From contig CAYPSQ010000002.1 of assembly GCA_964413115.1 (NCBI GenBank), positions 8,639 to 72,638 of the forward strand: DNA of 64,000 nt, in the 5' to 3' direction. Under the pieces are notes generated by a model. The model was given only the letters and a program-made list of their open reading frames with translations, did no database searches and was not told where the DNA came from. Numbering within the stretch: the stretch's first letter is position 1; every line of letters begins with the position of its first letter. This document shows positions 51,061 through 63,668 of the stretch, one piece after another. Made by a program: the position numbers and the translations under genes. Source of the stretch: an uncultured Rhizobiaceae bacterium. GTDB taxonomy: Bacteria; Pseudomonadota; Alphaproteobacteria; UBA828.

Positions 51061-51077
51061 TTTAGAATGATTCTAAG
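51061..51077. promoter_or_regulatory. Irr-box / iron control element (ICE) palindrome TTTAGAA-TGA-TTCTAAG
   Basis: 16/17 match to the alphaproteobacterial ICE consensus TTTAGAA-N3-TTCTAAA. Lies ~115 bp upstream of the rubrerythrin start and ~80 bp downstream of the irr stop. Confidence 0.7.
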
Positions 51078-51155
51078 GACTATCCGCGATGCCCCTCTTG
51101 CGGCCAAATTCAAAAAATACGGAGAAGGTTCGGGGACGGTGGCTGCTAGGCGCTG

Positions 51156-51587
51156 TCACTGCGCGGCGGGCGCGCCGTTTCTGACACGAATAATTATGTC
51201 GATGCGCGAAATTTCGGCTCCTTCAGGGAGCGCAGGTAATTCGCCGATGGCGATATTATCGCCGGAGACGTCACGTAATTTTCCACTGTCCTCAAAATAC
51301 AGGTGGTGGTGGGCGCTGATATTAGTGTCGAAATAGGACCGACCGGCATCGACGACCAATTCCCGCAACAATCCCGCACTGGTGAATTGGTGCAGCGTGT
51401 TGTAGACGGTCGCGAGAGAGACACTGACCCCTTGGCCGAGCGATTCGGAGTGGAGCTGTTCGGCGGTGACGTGCCGGTCGTTGCCCGAAAACAGTTGCTG
51501 CGCCAGCGACCGGCGTTGACGCGTCGGCCGCAGTCCGGCATCGCGGAGCAACTCCATGATATCGTCTGATGTCACGTTCTGGCGCAT
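51156..51587 (-). CDS. irr: Fur-family iron response regulator Irr (heme-responsive)
   Basis: LRPTRQRRSLAQQLF ... VSLATVYNTLHQFTSAGLLRELVVDAGRSYFDTNISAHHHLYFEDSG closely parallels Bradyrhizobium Irr, including the HHH heme-regulatory motif. Confidence 0.8.
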   Translation of the reverse strand: MRQNVTSDDIMELLRDAGLRPTRQRRSLAQQLFSGNDRHVTAEQLHSESLGQGVSVSLATVYNTLHQFTSAGLLRELVVDAGRSYFDTNISAHHHLYFEDSGKLRDVSGDNIAIGELPALPEGAEISRIDIIIRVRNGAPAAQ

Positions 51588-51714
51588 ACCTAGTCTCAGC
51601 TAATGAACACTTGTCTTGATCTCCAGCACACAACATAGAGTTGAACAATTCTAAATCAAGAAGGGATTATAAATTGCTACCCTAGGGGCGGTTTCCCGCA
51701 GCCCTTTACAGGCG

Positions 51715-53115
51715 CTAGTCGCCCGTTACCATGCGGCTGACAAGTTCCTTTACTGACGGAATGAAGCCGTTGGAGTAAAAAGGATCCGTCGCAAATTGGT
51801 AAGCGCCGTGGCCGGAGAACATCAGTTGATCCTCGACATCGTCTTCGTCATGGATGATCACCTGTAGAGTCTTTTGGATACAAAAGCTGCGCGGATCGGC
51901 CTTCTTGCCGGTGGTGAAATCAGGGTTTGTTGACCAATTGCTGAACCGGCACGATGATAGGCAGCCCATGCAGGCGGCCTGATCGTTGCGGATTTCCCGG
52001 GCCTTGTCGTCGGTCACAAATATTAGGGTCGAATCGGGCGTTTTCATGACCCGTTTGAAGCCGCTACCTAGCCATTCCTGAGCGCGTTTAAAATCGCCCT
52101 TGGTGAGATAAAACGACCGACCGCGCGGGCCTGGGGTGAGCTTTTGGTCATGATCTCCGAGCGGCTCCGAGGTGAACGCTACTTGATGCTGTTCGCGTTG
52201 TTCCAGGTCGTTGATAAATTTATTTCTAACGGCTGATGAATAGAACCCGGTGGGGCTGAATTTGTTGAGGCCGACATCGCCTTTTTTCAGGGTCAACAGG
52301 CGGCGCTTCCAGCTATCGGATATAGGGCTTTCCTTGGTCACCAACGGACGCGTGCCCAATTGGAAAGCGATGGGACCGATTTCCGGATTATCTATCCAAT
52401 CTTGCCACTCTCGTAGATACCAAACGCCACCGGCCATGATAATTGGCACCTTATGCAGGCCGATGCTGTTCATCAACCTGCGTAGGTCACGCACGCGCGG
52501 ATAGGGATCTTCCGGTTTGTTGGGATCTTCGCTGTTGGAGAGGCCGTTATGGCCACCGGCGCGCCACGGGTCTTCATAGACGACACCGCCGAGCAAATCC
52601 GAGAATTTGTGATAAGCGCGTTTCCACAGCGCCCGGAATGCGCGGCCCGAAGAAACGATAGGGTAATAATGCACCTGATATTGATTGGCGATCTCGGCGA
52701 TTCGGTACGGCATGCCAGCGCCGCAGGTAACCCCATGAATCAGGCCTTTGCCGCGCTCGAGGATGGCGCGAAGGATTCGTTCGCTAGCTGCCATCTCCCA
52801 CAGGATGTTCATGTGCAGGCGGCCTTTGCCGCCGGACGTTTCATGGGCGATGCGGGCTTGCGCCAAACCGCCTTCAACCGCGTATTTCACCAGCTCTTCG
52901 TGGCGTTCGCGGCGTGTTCGGCCGTGATAGATTTGCGGTATCAACTGGCCGTCCGCGTCGTAAGAATCAGCATTGACGCCCGAGAACGTGCCAACTGCGT
53001 CGGCTGCCGCCCACGCACCCGAAGACAGCCCATTGGTGACGCCAATGCCTTTGCCGCCTTCGATCAATGGCAACACTTCTTTGCCTGAAACAATCAGTGG
53101 ATGAAGCGCCTTCAA
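51715..53115 (-). CDS. NMO/FabK/PfaD-like FMN-dependent oxidoreductase family protein, long (466 aa), with a C-terminal Cys cluster
   Basis: PLIEGGKGIGVTNGLSSGAWAAADAVGTFSGV and IIMAGGVW resemble the nitronate monooxygenase/enoyl-reductase TIM-barrel motifs. C-terminal CMGCLSSC. Confidence 0.5.
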   Translation of the reverse strand: MKALHPLIVSGKEVLPLIEGGKGIGVTNGLSSGAWAAADAVGTFSGVNADSYDADGQLIPQIYHGRTRRERHEELVKYAVEGGLAQARIAHETSGGKGRLHMNILWEMAASERILRAILERGKGLIHGVTCGAGMPYRIAEIANQYQVHYYPIVSSGRAFRALWKRAYHKFSDLLGGVVYEDPWRAGGHNGLSNSEDPNKPEDPYPRVRDLRRLMNSIGLHKVPIIMAGGVWYLREWQDWIDNPEIGPIAFQLGTRPLVTKESPISDSWKRRLLTLKKGDVGLNKFSPTGFYSSAVRNKFINDLEQREQHQVAFTSEPLGDHDQKLTPGPRGRSFYLTKGDFKRAQEWLGSGFKRVMKTPDSTLIFVTDDKAREIRNDQAACMGCLSSCRFSNWSTNPDFTTGKKADPRSFCIQKTLQVIIHDEDDVEDQLMFSGHGAYQFATDPFYSNGFIPSVKELVSRMVTGD

Positions 53116-53250
53116 TTCATCCTCTCTGTTTAGCTCAGCAACCGGGCATACAATCTAAGCCAATGTCGATCAAATGTCGCCCGTTTGCGTCCAATAATAA
53201 ATGTAAACGTCTCGCCGCCCACCTCTAGCCCAAGTCAACTTTCCCTCAGA

Positions 53251-53284
53251 CCCGCAGCATAATCATAACGGATTATGCTGCGGG
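53251..53284 (-). terminator. Perfect 14-bp inverted repeat (CCCGCAGCATAATC-N6-GATTATGCTGCGGG), probable pnp 3' stem-loop/terminator
   Basis: Located 24 nt downstream of the pnp stop on the minus strand. No U-tract. Confidence 0.55.
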
Positions 53285-53307
53285 GCCGCGAGCTTTGATT
53301 GTTCGGG

Positions 53308-55428
53308 CTAACCGGCCTCAGTTTGTTTGGTGATGTCTTCGCCGGTCTCCTGGTTGACTACCTTCATGCTCAGTTTGATCTTGCCGCGGTCGTCGATTCC
53401 CAACACTTTGACTTTGACAATATCGCCTTCTTTTAGAACGTCGCTCACCGCGCCGATCCGACCGGCTGCGACCTCGCTGATATGAACGAGGCCGTCGCGC
53501 TTTCCTATAAAATTTACGAACGCACCAAAATCCATGATCTTCACGACCTTACCGTCATAAATCTCACCGATCTCAGGCTCCGCGATGATATCGCGAATCA
53601 TATCGATCGCGGCTTGGCCAGCCGCCGCTTCCACCGCGGCGACCTTGATTGTACCATCATCTTCAATGTCGATCTTGGTACCCGTAGTCTCGCAGATTTC
53701 ACGCACCACTTTGCCGCCCGGTCCAATAATCTCGCGAATACGGTCTTTGGGCACGGTGATCGTTGTGATACGCGGCGCGGTGTCGCTCACGGTATCGCGC
53801 GCTGATCCGATTGCTTTAACCATTTCGCTCAAAATGTGGAGCCGGCCTTCGTTCGCCTGTTCGAGCGCCACTCGCATGATTTCCTCGGTGATGCTGGTGA
53901 TCTTGATATCCATTTGCAACGACGTGATGCCGTTTTCCGTTCCAGCCACCTTGAAATCCATGTCGCCGAGGTGATCCTCATCGCCGAGAATGTCGCTCAA
54001 CACGGCATAATCATCACCCTCTTTGATCAGCCCCATGGCGATTCCCGCTACCGGACGGGCTAGTGGAACGCCAGCGTCCATCAGTGACAAAGAAGTACCG
54101 CACACGGTCGCCATTGAAGACGATCCGTTTGACTCAGTAATCTCCGAAACCACGCGGATGGTGTAAGGAAATTCCTCGGGTGTTGGCAGCAGCGGATGAA
54201 CGGCGCGCCAGGCGAGCTTGCCATGGCCAATTTCGCGCCGGCCGGGACCGCGTAGAAAGCGTGCCTCGCCCACTGAATAAGGCGGAAAATTATAGTGCAG
54301 CATGAAGCGTTCGCGGTACTCGCCTTCGAGCACATCCATGATTTGCTCATCCTGGCCAGTGCCGAGCGTTGCAACCACCAGCGCCTGCGTTTCGCCTCGG
54401 GTAAAGAGCGCCGAGCCGTGGCTGCGGGGCAGCACGCCGACCTCGCTTACAATTTGGCGTACATCCCGCGTGCCGCGCCCGTCGATTCGGGCGCCGGTTT
54501 TAATAATCTCGGAGCGCACAATGTCGCGTTCGATATCCTTGAGGATAGAGCCCATATCTCCCGGCGTCTGGCCATCCGCATCAGCCAAGCTTTCGGCGAT
54601 CGACTTTTTCACGTTGCCAATGCGGTCCTGACGCTCAGATTTGGCCTGAATAGCATAGGCCTCGCGCAGTCCGTCACTCGCCAAACCGTCGATCTTGGTG
54701 ACTAGGTCTGGGTCCTTCTCGACGCTTGGGACGTCCCACGGTTCCTTGGCGCAGGCTTCTGCAAGCTCGATAATCACGTCGAATACCGGCCGCATTTCAG
54801 CATGGCCGAAGGTGACTGCGCCAAGCATAATGTCTTCGTTCAACTCTTTGGCTTCAGATTCGACCATGAGCACGCCATCCTGGGTGCCGGCGACCACCAG
54901 ATCGAGCGCCGATTCGAGGCGTTCATCCGATGTCGGATTGAGAACATATTTGCCGTTGATATAACCCACTCGGGCGCCAGCAATCGGACCCATGAAGGGA
55001 ATGCCGGAAATGGTTAGGGCAGCGGACGCGCCGACCATTGCGACCATATCTGGATCGTTTTCCATATCATGAGAGACAACGGTGCAGATAACTTGCGTTT
55101 CATTGCGGAAGCCAGCGGCAAACAGCGGCCGAATTGGCCGGTCAATCAGGCGGCAGACCAGTGTTTCTTTTTCACCGGGCCGCCCTTCACGTTTAAAAAA
55201 CCCGCCGGGGATCTTCCCTGCGGCAAATGCTTTTTCTTCGTAATTGACGGTAAGGGGGAAAAAATCCACACCCTCCCGCGGGGTTTTTTGCGCCACCACG
55301 GTGCACAGCACAGCCGTCTGGCCGTAGGTCACCATTACAGCGCCATCGGCCTGGCGCGCTATTTTGCCGGATTCGATTACCAACGGGCGCCCGCCCCATA
55401 CGGTTTCTTTTCTCGTAACATTAAACAT
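53308..55428 (-). CDS. pnp: Polyribonucleotide nucleotidyltransferase (PNPase)
   Basis: 706 aa. Two RNase PH domains, KH and S1 domains. Confidence 0.95.
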   Translation of the reverse strand: MFNVTRKETVWGGRPLVIESGKIARQADGAVMVTYGQTAVLCTVVAQKTPREGVDFFPLTVNYEEKAFAAGKIPGGFFKREGRPGEKETLVCRLIDRPIRPLFAAGFRNETQVICTVVSHDMENDPDMVAMVGASAALTISGIPFMGPIAGARVGYINGKYVLNPTSDERLESALDLVVAGTQDGVLMVESEAKELNEDIMLGAVTFGHAEMRPVFDVIIELAEACAKEPWDVPSVEKDPDLVTKIDGLASDGLREAYAIQAKSERQDRIGNVKKSIAESLADADGQTPGDMGSILKDIERDIVRSEIIKTGARIDGRGTRDVRQIVSEVGVLPRSHGSALFTRGETQALVVATLGTGQDEQIMDVLEGEYRERFMLHYNFPPYSVGEARFLRGPGRREIGHGKLAWRAVHPLLPTPEEFPYTIRVVSEITESNGSSSMATVCGTSLSLMDAGVPLARPVAGIAMGLIKEGDDYAVLSDILGDEDHLGDMDFKVAGTENGITSLQMDIKITSITEEIMRVALEQANEGRLHILSEMVKAIGSARDTVSDTAPRITTITVPKDRIREIIGPGGKVVREICETTGTKIDIEDDGTIKVAAVEAAAGQAAIDMIRDIIAEPEIGEIYDGKVVKIMDFGAFVNFIGKRDGLVHISEVAAGRIGAVSDVLKEGDIVKVKVLGIDDRGKIKLSMKVVNQETGEDITKQTEAG

Positions 55429-55500
55429 TTTCTATTTCCCTTTTCCTGCGGCCGATGCGCCCCGCCCCGCTCGAGGAGACCAGGATGATCCCCTCGTCTT

Positions 55501-55601
55501 TTTCATTGGCTGTGACACTCTGTCCTTAGCCAATGAACCATATGGCTTTTGCCCGCACCTTGTGTTCCGCGGCTCAGTCTCAGACGTTCATCTAACGTCT
55601 G
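55501..55601 (-). promoter_or_regulatory. rpsO-pnp intercistronic leader with two stem-loops (10-bp TTCATTGGCT/AGCCAATGAA and 8-bp CAGACGTT/AACGTCTG)
   Basis: Inverted repeats at 55501-55537 and 55580-55600, in the position of the RNase III/PNPase-autoregulatory hairpin and rpsO terminator known from enterobacteria. Confidence 0.5.
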
Positions 55602-55650
55602 CACCTTCGATCGGTACCAGTGAGGATGGTCTGCGAAGCCAGTCAAAAAT

Positions 55651-55920
55651 TTACTTACGCAGACCCAAGCGTTGGATAACGTCGGCATAACGCTCGGCGT
55701 CTTCTCGCTTAAGATAATCCAACAGACTACGACGGCGGCTCACCATCTTCAGGAGGCCACGGCGCGAATGCCGGTCTTTCTTGTGGGTTTTAAAATGCCC
55801 CGTTAGATTGTTGATGCGCTCGGTCAAGATTGCGACCTGGACTTCCGGGGAGCCGGTATCACCGGCCGTTTTTCCGAACTCGCCCATGAGTGCGGACTTC
55901 CGCTGCGCGGTAATCGACAT
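55651..55920 (-). CDS. rpsO: 30S ribosomal protein S15
   Basis: [57 protein letters not shown]. 89 aa. The ORF-track N-extension is rejected. Confidence 0.93.
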   Translation of the reverse strand: MSITAQRKSALMGEFGKTAGDTGSPEVQVAILTERINNLTGHFKTHKKDRHSRRGLLKMVSRRRSLLDYLKREDAERYADVIQRLGLRK

Positions 55921-55936
55921 CTCTGTACTCCAATTC

Positions 55937-56833
55937 CTAAAGGTTGAAGACGCGAAGCGGCCTGAGGTTGCCCGTTTCAATTCTGGCCAAGGCCACAAGA
56001 CGCCCGCCACATGTGGCACGGATGGTTTTGATATCCGCATCCTTTACTGCTATTACCTGGCCACATTGCAGCCGGTGCGCGTCACTTTCAGTCAATTCCA
56101 ATGCCGGGATGTCGGCCAGCGGGGCCTCGACCGGAAGAACGTGCGCAGCAAGGCGCGCACTATGCACGAGCGACTCCACTATATCCAGCGAAATCGCCGC
56201 ATTTTCAGTAAACGGGCCGACTGCAGTTCGGCGTAACGCCGAAACATGGCCAAAAGTGCCAAGATAACGCGCGATATCGCGCGCCAAGGCTCGAATATAG
56301 GTGCCTTTGCCGCAGATGACATCAAAACAGGCGGTTTCTTCGTCATTTTCAACAAGCAACAGGCTGTCTATGCGAATTTTCCGGGATTCTAAGGTGACGG
56401 GCTTGTTGCGTCGCGCCAAGGCATAGGCGCGCTGACCATTGACTTTCAGGGCCGAATATTTGGGCGGTATTTGACTAATCTCGCCGGTAAATTCGGGCAA
56501 CACCTCATTAATTTCCTGACGTGACGGGCGAATATGGCTGGCGTGGACAATCTTGCCTTCGCTGTCATCGGTATCGCGTGCTTCGCCCCATTTCAATGTA
56601 AAATGGTAGCCTTTGCTTCCAAGCATGGCATAGGCCGCGGTCTTGGTGGCTTCTCCGATGGCAATCGGCAGAACGCCTGTGGCGAGCGGGTCGAGCGTGC
56701 CGCCATGGCCAACTTTTAGTCCGCCCGTGAGGCGTTTTATCCGGCCGACGATTTGCGCTGAGCTGTAGCCAGGTGGTTTGTCGATGATCAGCCAGCCATT
56801 GAGGCACGCTGCTGCGCCGGTAGGCTCATTCAT
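55937..56833 (-). CDS. truB: tRNA pseudouridine(55) synthase
   Basis: [17 protein letters not shown] ... [16 protein letters not shown] motifs with catalytic Asp. Confidence 0.92.
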   Translation of the reverse strand: MNEPTGAAACLNGWLIIDKPPGYSSAQIVGRIKRLTGGLKVGHGGTLDPLATGVLPIAIGEATKTAAYAMLGSKGYHFTLKWGEARDTDDSEGKIVHASHIRPSRQEINEVLPEFTGEISQIPPKYSALKVNGQRAYALARRNKPVTLESRKIRIDSLLLVENDEETACFDVICGKGTYIRALARDIARYLGTFGHVSALRRTAVGPFTENAAISLDIVESLVHSARLAAHVLPVEAPLADIPALELTESDAHRLQCGQVIAVKDADIKTIRATCGGRLVALARIETGNLRPLRVFNL

Positions 56834-57212
56834 CGGGCAGTGATACCTCTTTCAAGAGTTCGTCGATGGAGTTCGACTCATCGAATGAATGGTCGAACAC
56901 GAATTTGAGAGCCGGCGCGTGCCGCAGTTTCACCCGCCGCGCAACTTCGGCACGCAGAAATGGCGCCGCGCGCGATAGCGCCTCGACAACAGGCGTGCCG
57001 TCGCCACCACCCAACGGCATGACAAATACTCTGGCTTGCTTGAGGTCGGGTGAAGCGCGAACTTCGGTAACTGTTATTGGTGTGGTGCTCAAAATAGGAT
57101 CACGAATCGGTGCGCGCGCGAATGTATCGGTCAGCGCTTCGCGCAGAAGTTCGCCTACTCGTAATTGGCGCTGACTGGGAGCTCGCGATTTTGGTGCGTT
57201 GCCGCGTGCCAT
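56826..57212 (-). CDS. rbfA: Ribosome-binding factor A
   Basis: RQLRVGELLREALTD ... TVTEVRASPDLKQARVF, KH-like RbfA signature. Confidence 0.9.
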   Translation of the reverse strand: MARGNAPKSRAPSQRQLRVGELLREALTDTFARAPIRDPILSTTPITVTEVRASPDLKQARVFVMPLGGGDGTPVVEALSRAAPFLRAEVARRVKLRHAPALKFVFDHSFDESNSIDELLKEVSLPDE

Positions 57213-57261
57213 GGTTCAAGCTTCCGCCGCGTGGGACGTCATACCTTTAATTGTTCCTGGA

Positions 57262-59888
<2,627 letters not shown>

Positions 59889-59892
<4 letters not shown>

Positions 59893-60629
59893 TCGATTCC
59901 TACTCGATCCGCAAATTCGTTTTGCTGTTTAGCTGATAGGGAACCGACGTGGATATCCCATTTCTCTGCTGGTAGGCGAGATTCTCCGGCAGCGCGGAAG
60001 CCGGCGAGACGACCGCATTCGCGCAAAAACATGTCACAAAGGCGTGACGGACGGAGGGCCACATGCACCGCGTCGGCGCGTCCTAGAGCCTGCGATAATT
60101 CACCGCGCGTAAACATCTCTATAGCGGGCAGGCCATTGGCAAGTGCGCGCAGGCGGGCTCGGGCAGGCGCCGCGCCGTCAGCAGCCTGCACCAACACTAC
60201 TGCCTGCTGGGTGCTCAAATCGTTGCGAACCTGTTCATGCCCAATGACGGTGGCGCTGGCGCGTGAACTGAGGCCGAGATAATTGAGGGCGCGTGCGGTA
60301 AGTTGTTCACACACCTGCTCGGCTAGTTCCTGTTCTAGTATAACGGCGCAGCGCGCAGCTCGGGCAAAAGTGCCATTGGCTCGGGCCTCGTCTAGGGCTG
60401 CAAGGTTGGAACTTAACCATAAGCCTCGGCCGGGCAGGCGTTCAGCAAGGTCGGGCACTATTATGTTGTCTGGGCCGACGACAAAGCGGATAAGATGTGC
60501 TGTCGAGCAATCGCGCCGTGACAGGATACAGCGCCGCTGTTTGGCAGGTGAACTCTCCGCTGCGCGGGGCGCTTTTGCCGGGCTGCTACCACGCGGTTTG
60601 CGCACGCTATTTGGCTTCGTTCTGTTCAC
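59889..60629 (-). CDS. YlxR (DUF448) RNA-binding domain fused to an L7Ae-like domain
   Basis: [30 protein letters not shown]...PGRGLWLS, conserved position between nusA and infB. Longer than stand-alone YlxR. Confidence 0.7.
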
Positions 60630-62239
60630 GGCGTACCCGTTTCTTGGCCCCGCACTGTACCGTCGTTTTCCTTAGCCGAGGTGGCCGACGGCTCCGTAGC
60701 TTCGTCTTCTTCCCGGTTCAAATCCGCCGGTTCATCATCAAACCAATGTGCTCGGGCGGCCATAATGATGGCGTTCGCATTATCGAGATTAGGTGCGATA
60801 GTGCCTAAAATTTCGATCAACTCATCGCCGGCGAGATCGCCCAGATCGTCCAATGTTTTAATCTCTGCTTCGCCCAGGATAACGAGTGCTACCGGACTCA
60901 AACCCTCAAGTTCAGCTAATTCATCCTGCACGCCCAATGCAATACGTTTTTCAGACATTTCGTTGTTGAGATTTTCCACATACTCCGTCGCGCGGCGCCG
61001 CAGTTCCTCTGCGATCTCCTCATCGAAACTCTCCACTGACGCCAATTCTTCGGTCGGTACGAATGCCACTTCTTCGACGCTGGCGAATCCTTCGGTAACC
61101 AGCAGGTGGGCAATTACATCGTCTACGTCGAGGGCCTGCATAAATAGCTCGGTGCGGCTACGCACCTCCTCTTGGCGGCGATCCGATTCTTCCGCTTCAG
61201 TCAATATGTCAATGTCCCACCCCGACAGCTGGGAGGCCAGTCGGACATTTTGACCGCGCCGACCGATGGCCAGGCTAAGCTGATCATCGGGCACCACGAC
61301 TTCAATGCGCTTGGCCTCTTCGTCGAGGACGACCTTGGATACTTCCGCCGGTGCCAAGGCGTTGACGATCGAGGCGGCAGGATCGGGCGACCACTGGATA
61401 ATGTCTATTTTTTCACCTTGCAGTTCGCTGACTACCGCCTGTACGCGCGAGCCTCGCATGCCGACGCAAGCACCCACCGGGTCGATGCTGGCGTCGTTCG
61501 AAAAAACGGCGATTTTTGCCCGGCTGCCGGGATCCCGCGCGACCGACTTGATTTCGATGATGCCATCATAAATTTCAGGCACTTCCTGAGCGAATAATTT
61601 GGCCATGAAATTGGGGTGAGTGCGCGAGATAAAAATCTGCGGCCCGCGTTGTTCGCGCCGGACGTCGTATATATAACCGCGGACGCGATCGCCATTGCGG
61701 AACGATTCGCGCGGCAGCAAATCCTCTCGCCGGATAACACCTTCGCCGCGGCCGAGATCGACAGTCACGCCACCAAATTCGGCGCGCTTGACCAAGCCGC
61801 TGGCAATTTCACCGACACGGTCCTTGTATTCCTCATACTGACGCGCTCGCTCTGCCTCACGGACCTTTTGTACGATCACTTGTTTGGCGGTTTGCGCAGC
61901 GATGCGCCCGAAATCGATGGGTGGCAGGGCATCTGCCAGGTAATCGCCGATTTGCGCCGCGGGATTACGCTCTTGCGCGCTCGGAATGCTAATCTGTGTG
62001 GCTTCGTTCTCCACTGGATCGGCCACTTCGAGATAGCGCATCAAGCGAATTTCACCAGTTTCGCGGTCGATCTCGGTTCGGATATCATGTTCCTGGCCAT
62101 ATTTCCGCTTGCCGGCGTGGGTAATTGCCTGTTCCATTGCCTCGAGCACGAGATCGCGCTCGATTCCTTTTTCTCGCGCTACTGCGTCAGCAACCTGCAG
62201 CAGCTCGTGGCGAGCCAGACCAACTGTTTCCGTTTCCAT
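60626..62239 (-). CDS. nusA: Transcription termination/antitermination factor NusA
   Basis: 537 aa. N-terminal domain, S1, KH1/KH2, and C-terminal acidic repeats. Confidence 0.95.
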   Translation of the reverse strand: METETVGLARHELLQVADAVAREKGIERDLVLEAMEQAITHAGKRKYGQEHDIRTEIDRETGEIRLMRYLEVADPVENEATQISIPSAQERNPAAQIGDYLADALPPIDFGRIAAQTAKQVIVQKVREAERARQYEEYKDRVGEIASGLVKRAEFGGVTVDLGRGEGVIRREDLLPRESFRNGDRVRGYIYDVRREQRGPQIFISRTHPNFMAKLFAQEVPEIYDGIIEIKSVARDPGSRAKIAVFSNDASIDPVGACVGMRGSRVQAVVSELQGEKIDIIQWSPDPAASIVNALAPAEVSKVVLDEEAKRIEVVVPDDQLSLAIGRRGQNVRLASQLSGWDIDILTEAEESDRRQEEVRSRTELFMQALDVDDVIAHLLVTEGFASVEEVAFVPTEELASVESFDEEIAEELRRRATEYVENLNNEMSEKRIALGVQDELAELEGLSPVALVILGEAEIKTLDDLGDLAGDELIEILGTIAPNLDNANAIIMAARAHWFDDEPADLNREEDEATEPSATSAKENDGTVRGQETGTP

Positions 62240-62244
62240 TTGCT

Positions 62245-62736
62245 CTATATCCGTTTTTGCGACTCGGCGGCATAAATTAGTTCGTCCGTCAGTATCAATT
62301 TAGCTTTCTTGATTGTCTCGAACGGCACCTCCGCGCTACCTTCGTTGGCGAAAATCCGCACCTTGCCGTTTTCTACGCCGAGTACCTGTCCTCGCAAGCG
62401 CGTGCGGCCGTCAATTGGCGCCGTCATTTCGATCTTTGCATGGAAGCCGGCGAAGCGTTCGAAATCGCTGATCCGAGTCAACGGGCGGTCCAGGCCGGGC
62501 GAGCTAACCTCCAGGTTATAAGCGCCGCCGATAGGGTCTTCGACATCAAACAAGGCCGAAATTGATTTACTGGCGGTTGCGCAGTCGTCCACCGTCATTG
62601 GCTCGTGGTCTCGTCGTTCGATCATGATCTGGAGGGTTGGGCGTCCGGAGCCGCCGTAGCGCACGCGGACCAGCTCAAAGCCAAGGGCTTCAAGAGACGG
62701 TGCAATCAACTCCTCGACACGGTGCGTCTGTTCCAT
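62245..62736 (-). CDS. rimP: Ribosome maturation factor RimP
   Basis: ELIAPSLEALGFELVRVRY N-terminus. Upstream of nusA as usual. Confidence 0.9.
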   Translation of the reverse strand: MEQTHRVEELIAPSLEALGFELVRVRYGGSGRPTLQIMIERRDHEPMTVDDCATASKSISALFDVEDPIGGAYNLEVSSPGLDRPLTRISDFERFAGFHAKIEMTAPIDGRTRLRGQVLGVENGKVRIFANEGSAEVPFETIKKAKLILTDELIYAAESQKRI

Positions 62737-62881
62737 GGTTGCACCACATCGCTAACGTGCCGACAGCACAAATGAAAAAGCGGGCCCGCAGCCCACCTCA
62801 AACTTCATCACAAATACTAACCTCGTTAATAATTACGCCTAACCTATATCTGTTTTGGCCGATGCTTCAAGCGCTTTATGG

Positions 62882-63637
62882 TTATCTAGCGGATCGCGCC
62901 CTGTTTGCGGTCTCCGCCGCGGCTTGCGGCTGGCGCAGGTAACGCAGAAAAATCGCTGCTCTTCCGGCTTCGCGTGCTTTCTGTTCGTATCGTGTTTCAG
63001 GCCAATCTTCAGGCCGCTCGCGCCAGTCCAGCGAGTGCTCTGCTAGCCAGTTAAATCGCCGTTCCCGGTGCATGTGCATCATCGTCCAACGAGCGAGTTC
63101 AGTATGGTCTGTGGCAAACCTAAACTCGCCGCCGGTGGCAAGAATATCGGCACTGCGGGCGATTATCTCCGGGTTGACGATGCGCCTTTTGTGGTGCCGT
63201 TTCTTCGGCCATGGGTCGGGAAAAAGCATAGCCAGCCGCGACACTTGTCCGGCGCCAAGGCGGGCCAGGAGGAGACGCGCGTCGTCAGGGAATATTCTGA
63301 TATTGGTCAGATTGCCGTCTACGATCCGGCTGAGGAGCGCGGCGACACCGTTCATAAAGGGTTCACAGCCGATAAAACCGACATCAGGTCGCCGCGCTGC
63401 CTGCCATGCCAGATGCTCGCCAGCGCCAAAACCGATTTCGAGCCAAATTTCATCGATACCGGAGCCGAAATAACGGTGCGGGTCGATGACATCCCCGCTC
63501 TCCTCTAAATCAATTTTGATTTCCGGCAACAGTTTGCGCACGAGCGCTTGGCGTTTGGGGCGCAATTTGTGGCCCTGGCGGCGGCCGAAAACAAGGCTGC
63601 GGCGGACTACCTTGTCTTTTGCCTGGTCGCCTATCAT
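62882..63637 (-). CDS. trmB: tRNA (guanine46-N7)-methyltransferase
   Basis: LEIGFGAGEHLAWQAARRPDVGFIGCEPF SAM-binding region and FPDPWPKKRHHKRR motif. Confidence 0.9.
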   Translation of the reverse strand: MIGDQAKDKVVRRSLVFGRRQGHKLRPKRQALVRKLLPEIKIDLEESGDVIDPHRYFGSGIDEIWLEIGFGAGEHLAWQAARRPDVGFIGCEPFMNGVAALLSRIVDGNLTNIRIFPDDARLLLARLGAGQVSRLAMLFPDPWPKKRHHKRRIVNPEIIARSADILATGGEFRFATDHTELARWTMMHMHRERRFNWLAEHSLDWRERPEDWPETRYEQKAREAGRAAIFLRYLRQPQAAAETANRARSAR

Positions 63638-63668
63638 GCCCTATCGCCATTCACACAATACTTCACGC

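Noticed and set aside
55921-56040. 40-aa N-terminal extension of rpsO in the ORF track.
   Set aside because: S15 is 89 aa starting MSITAQRK. The extension overlaps truB.
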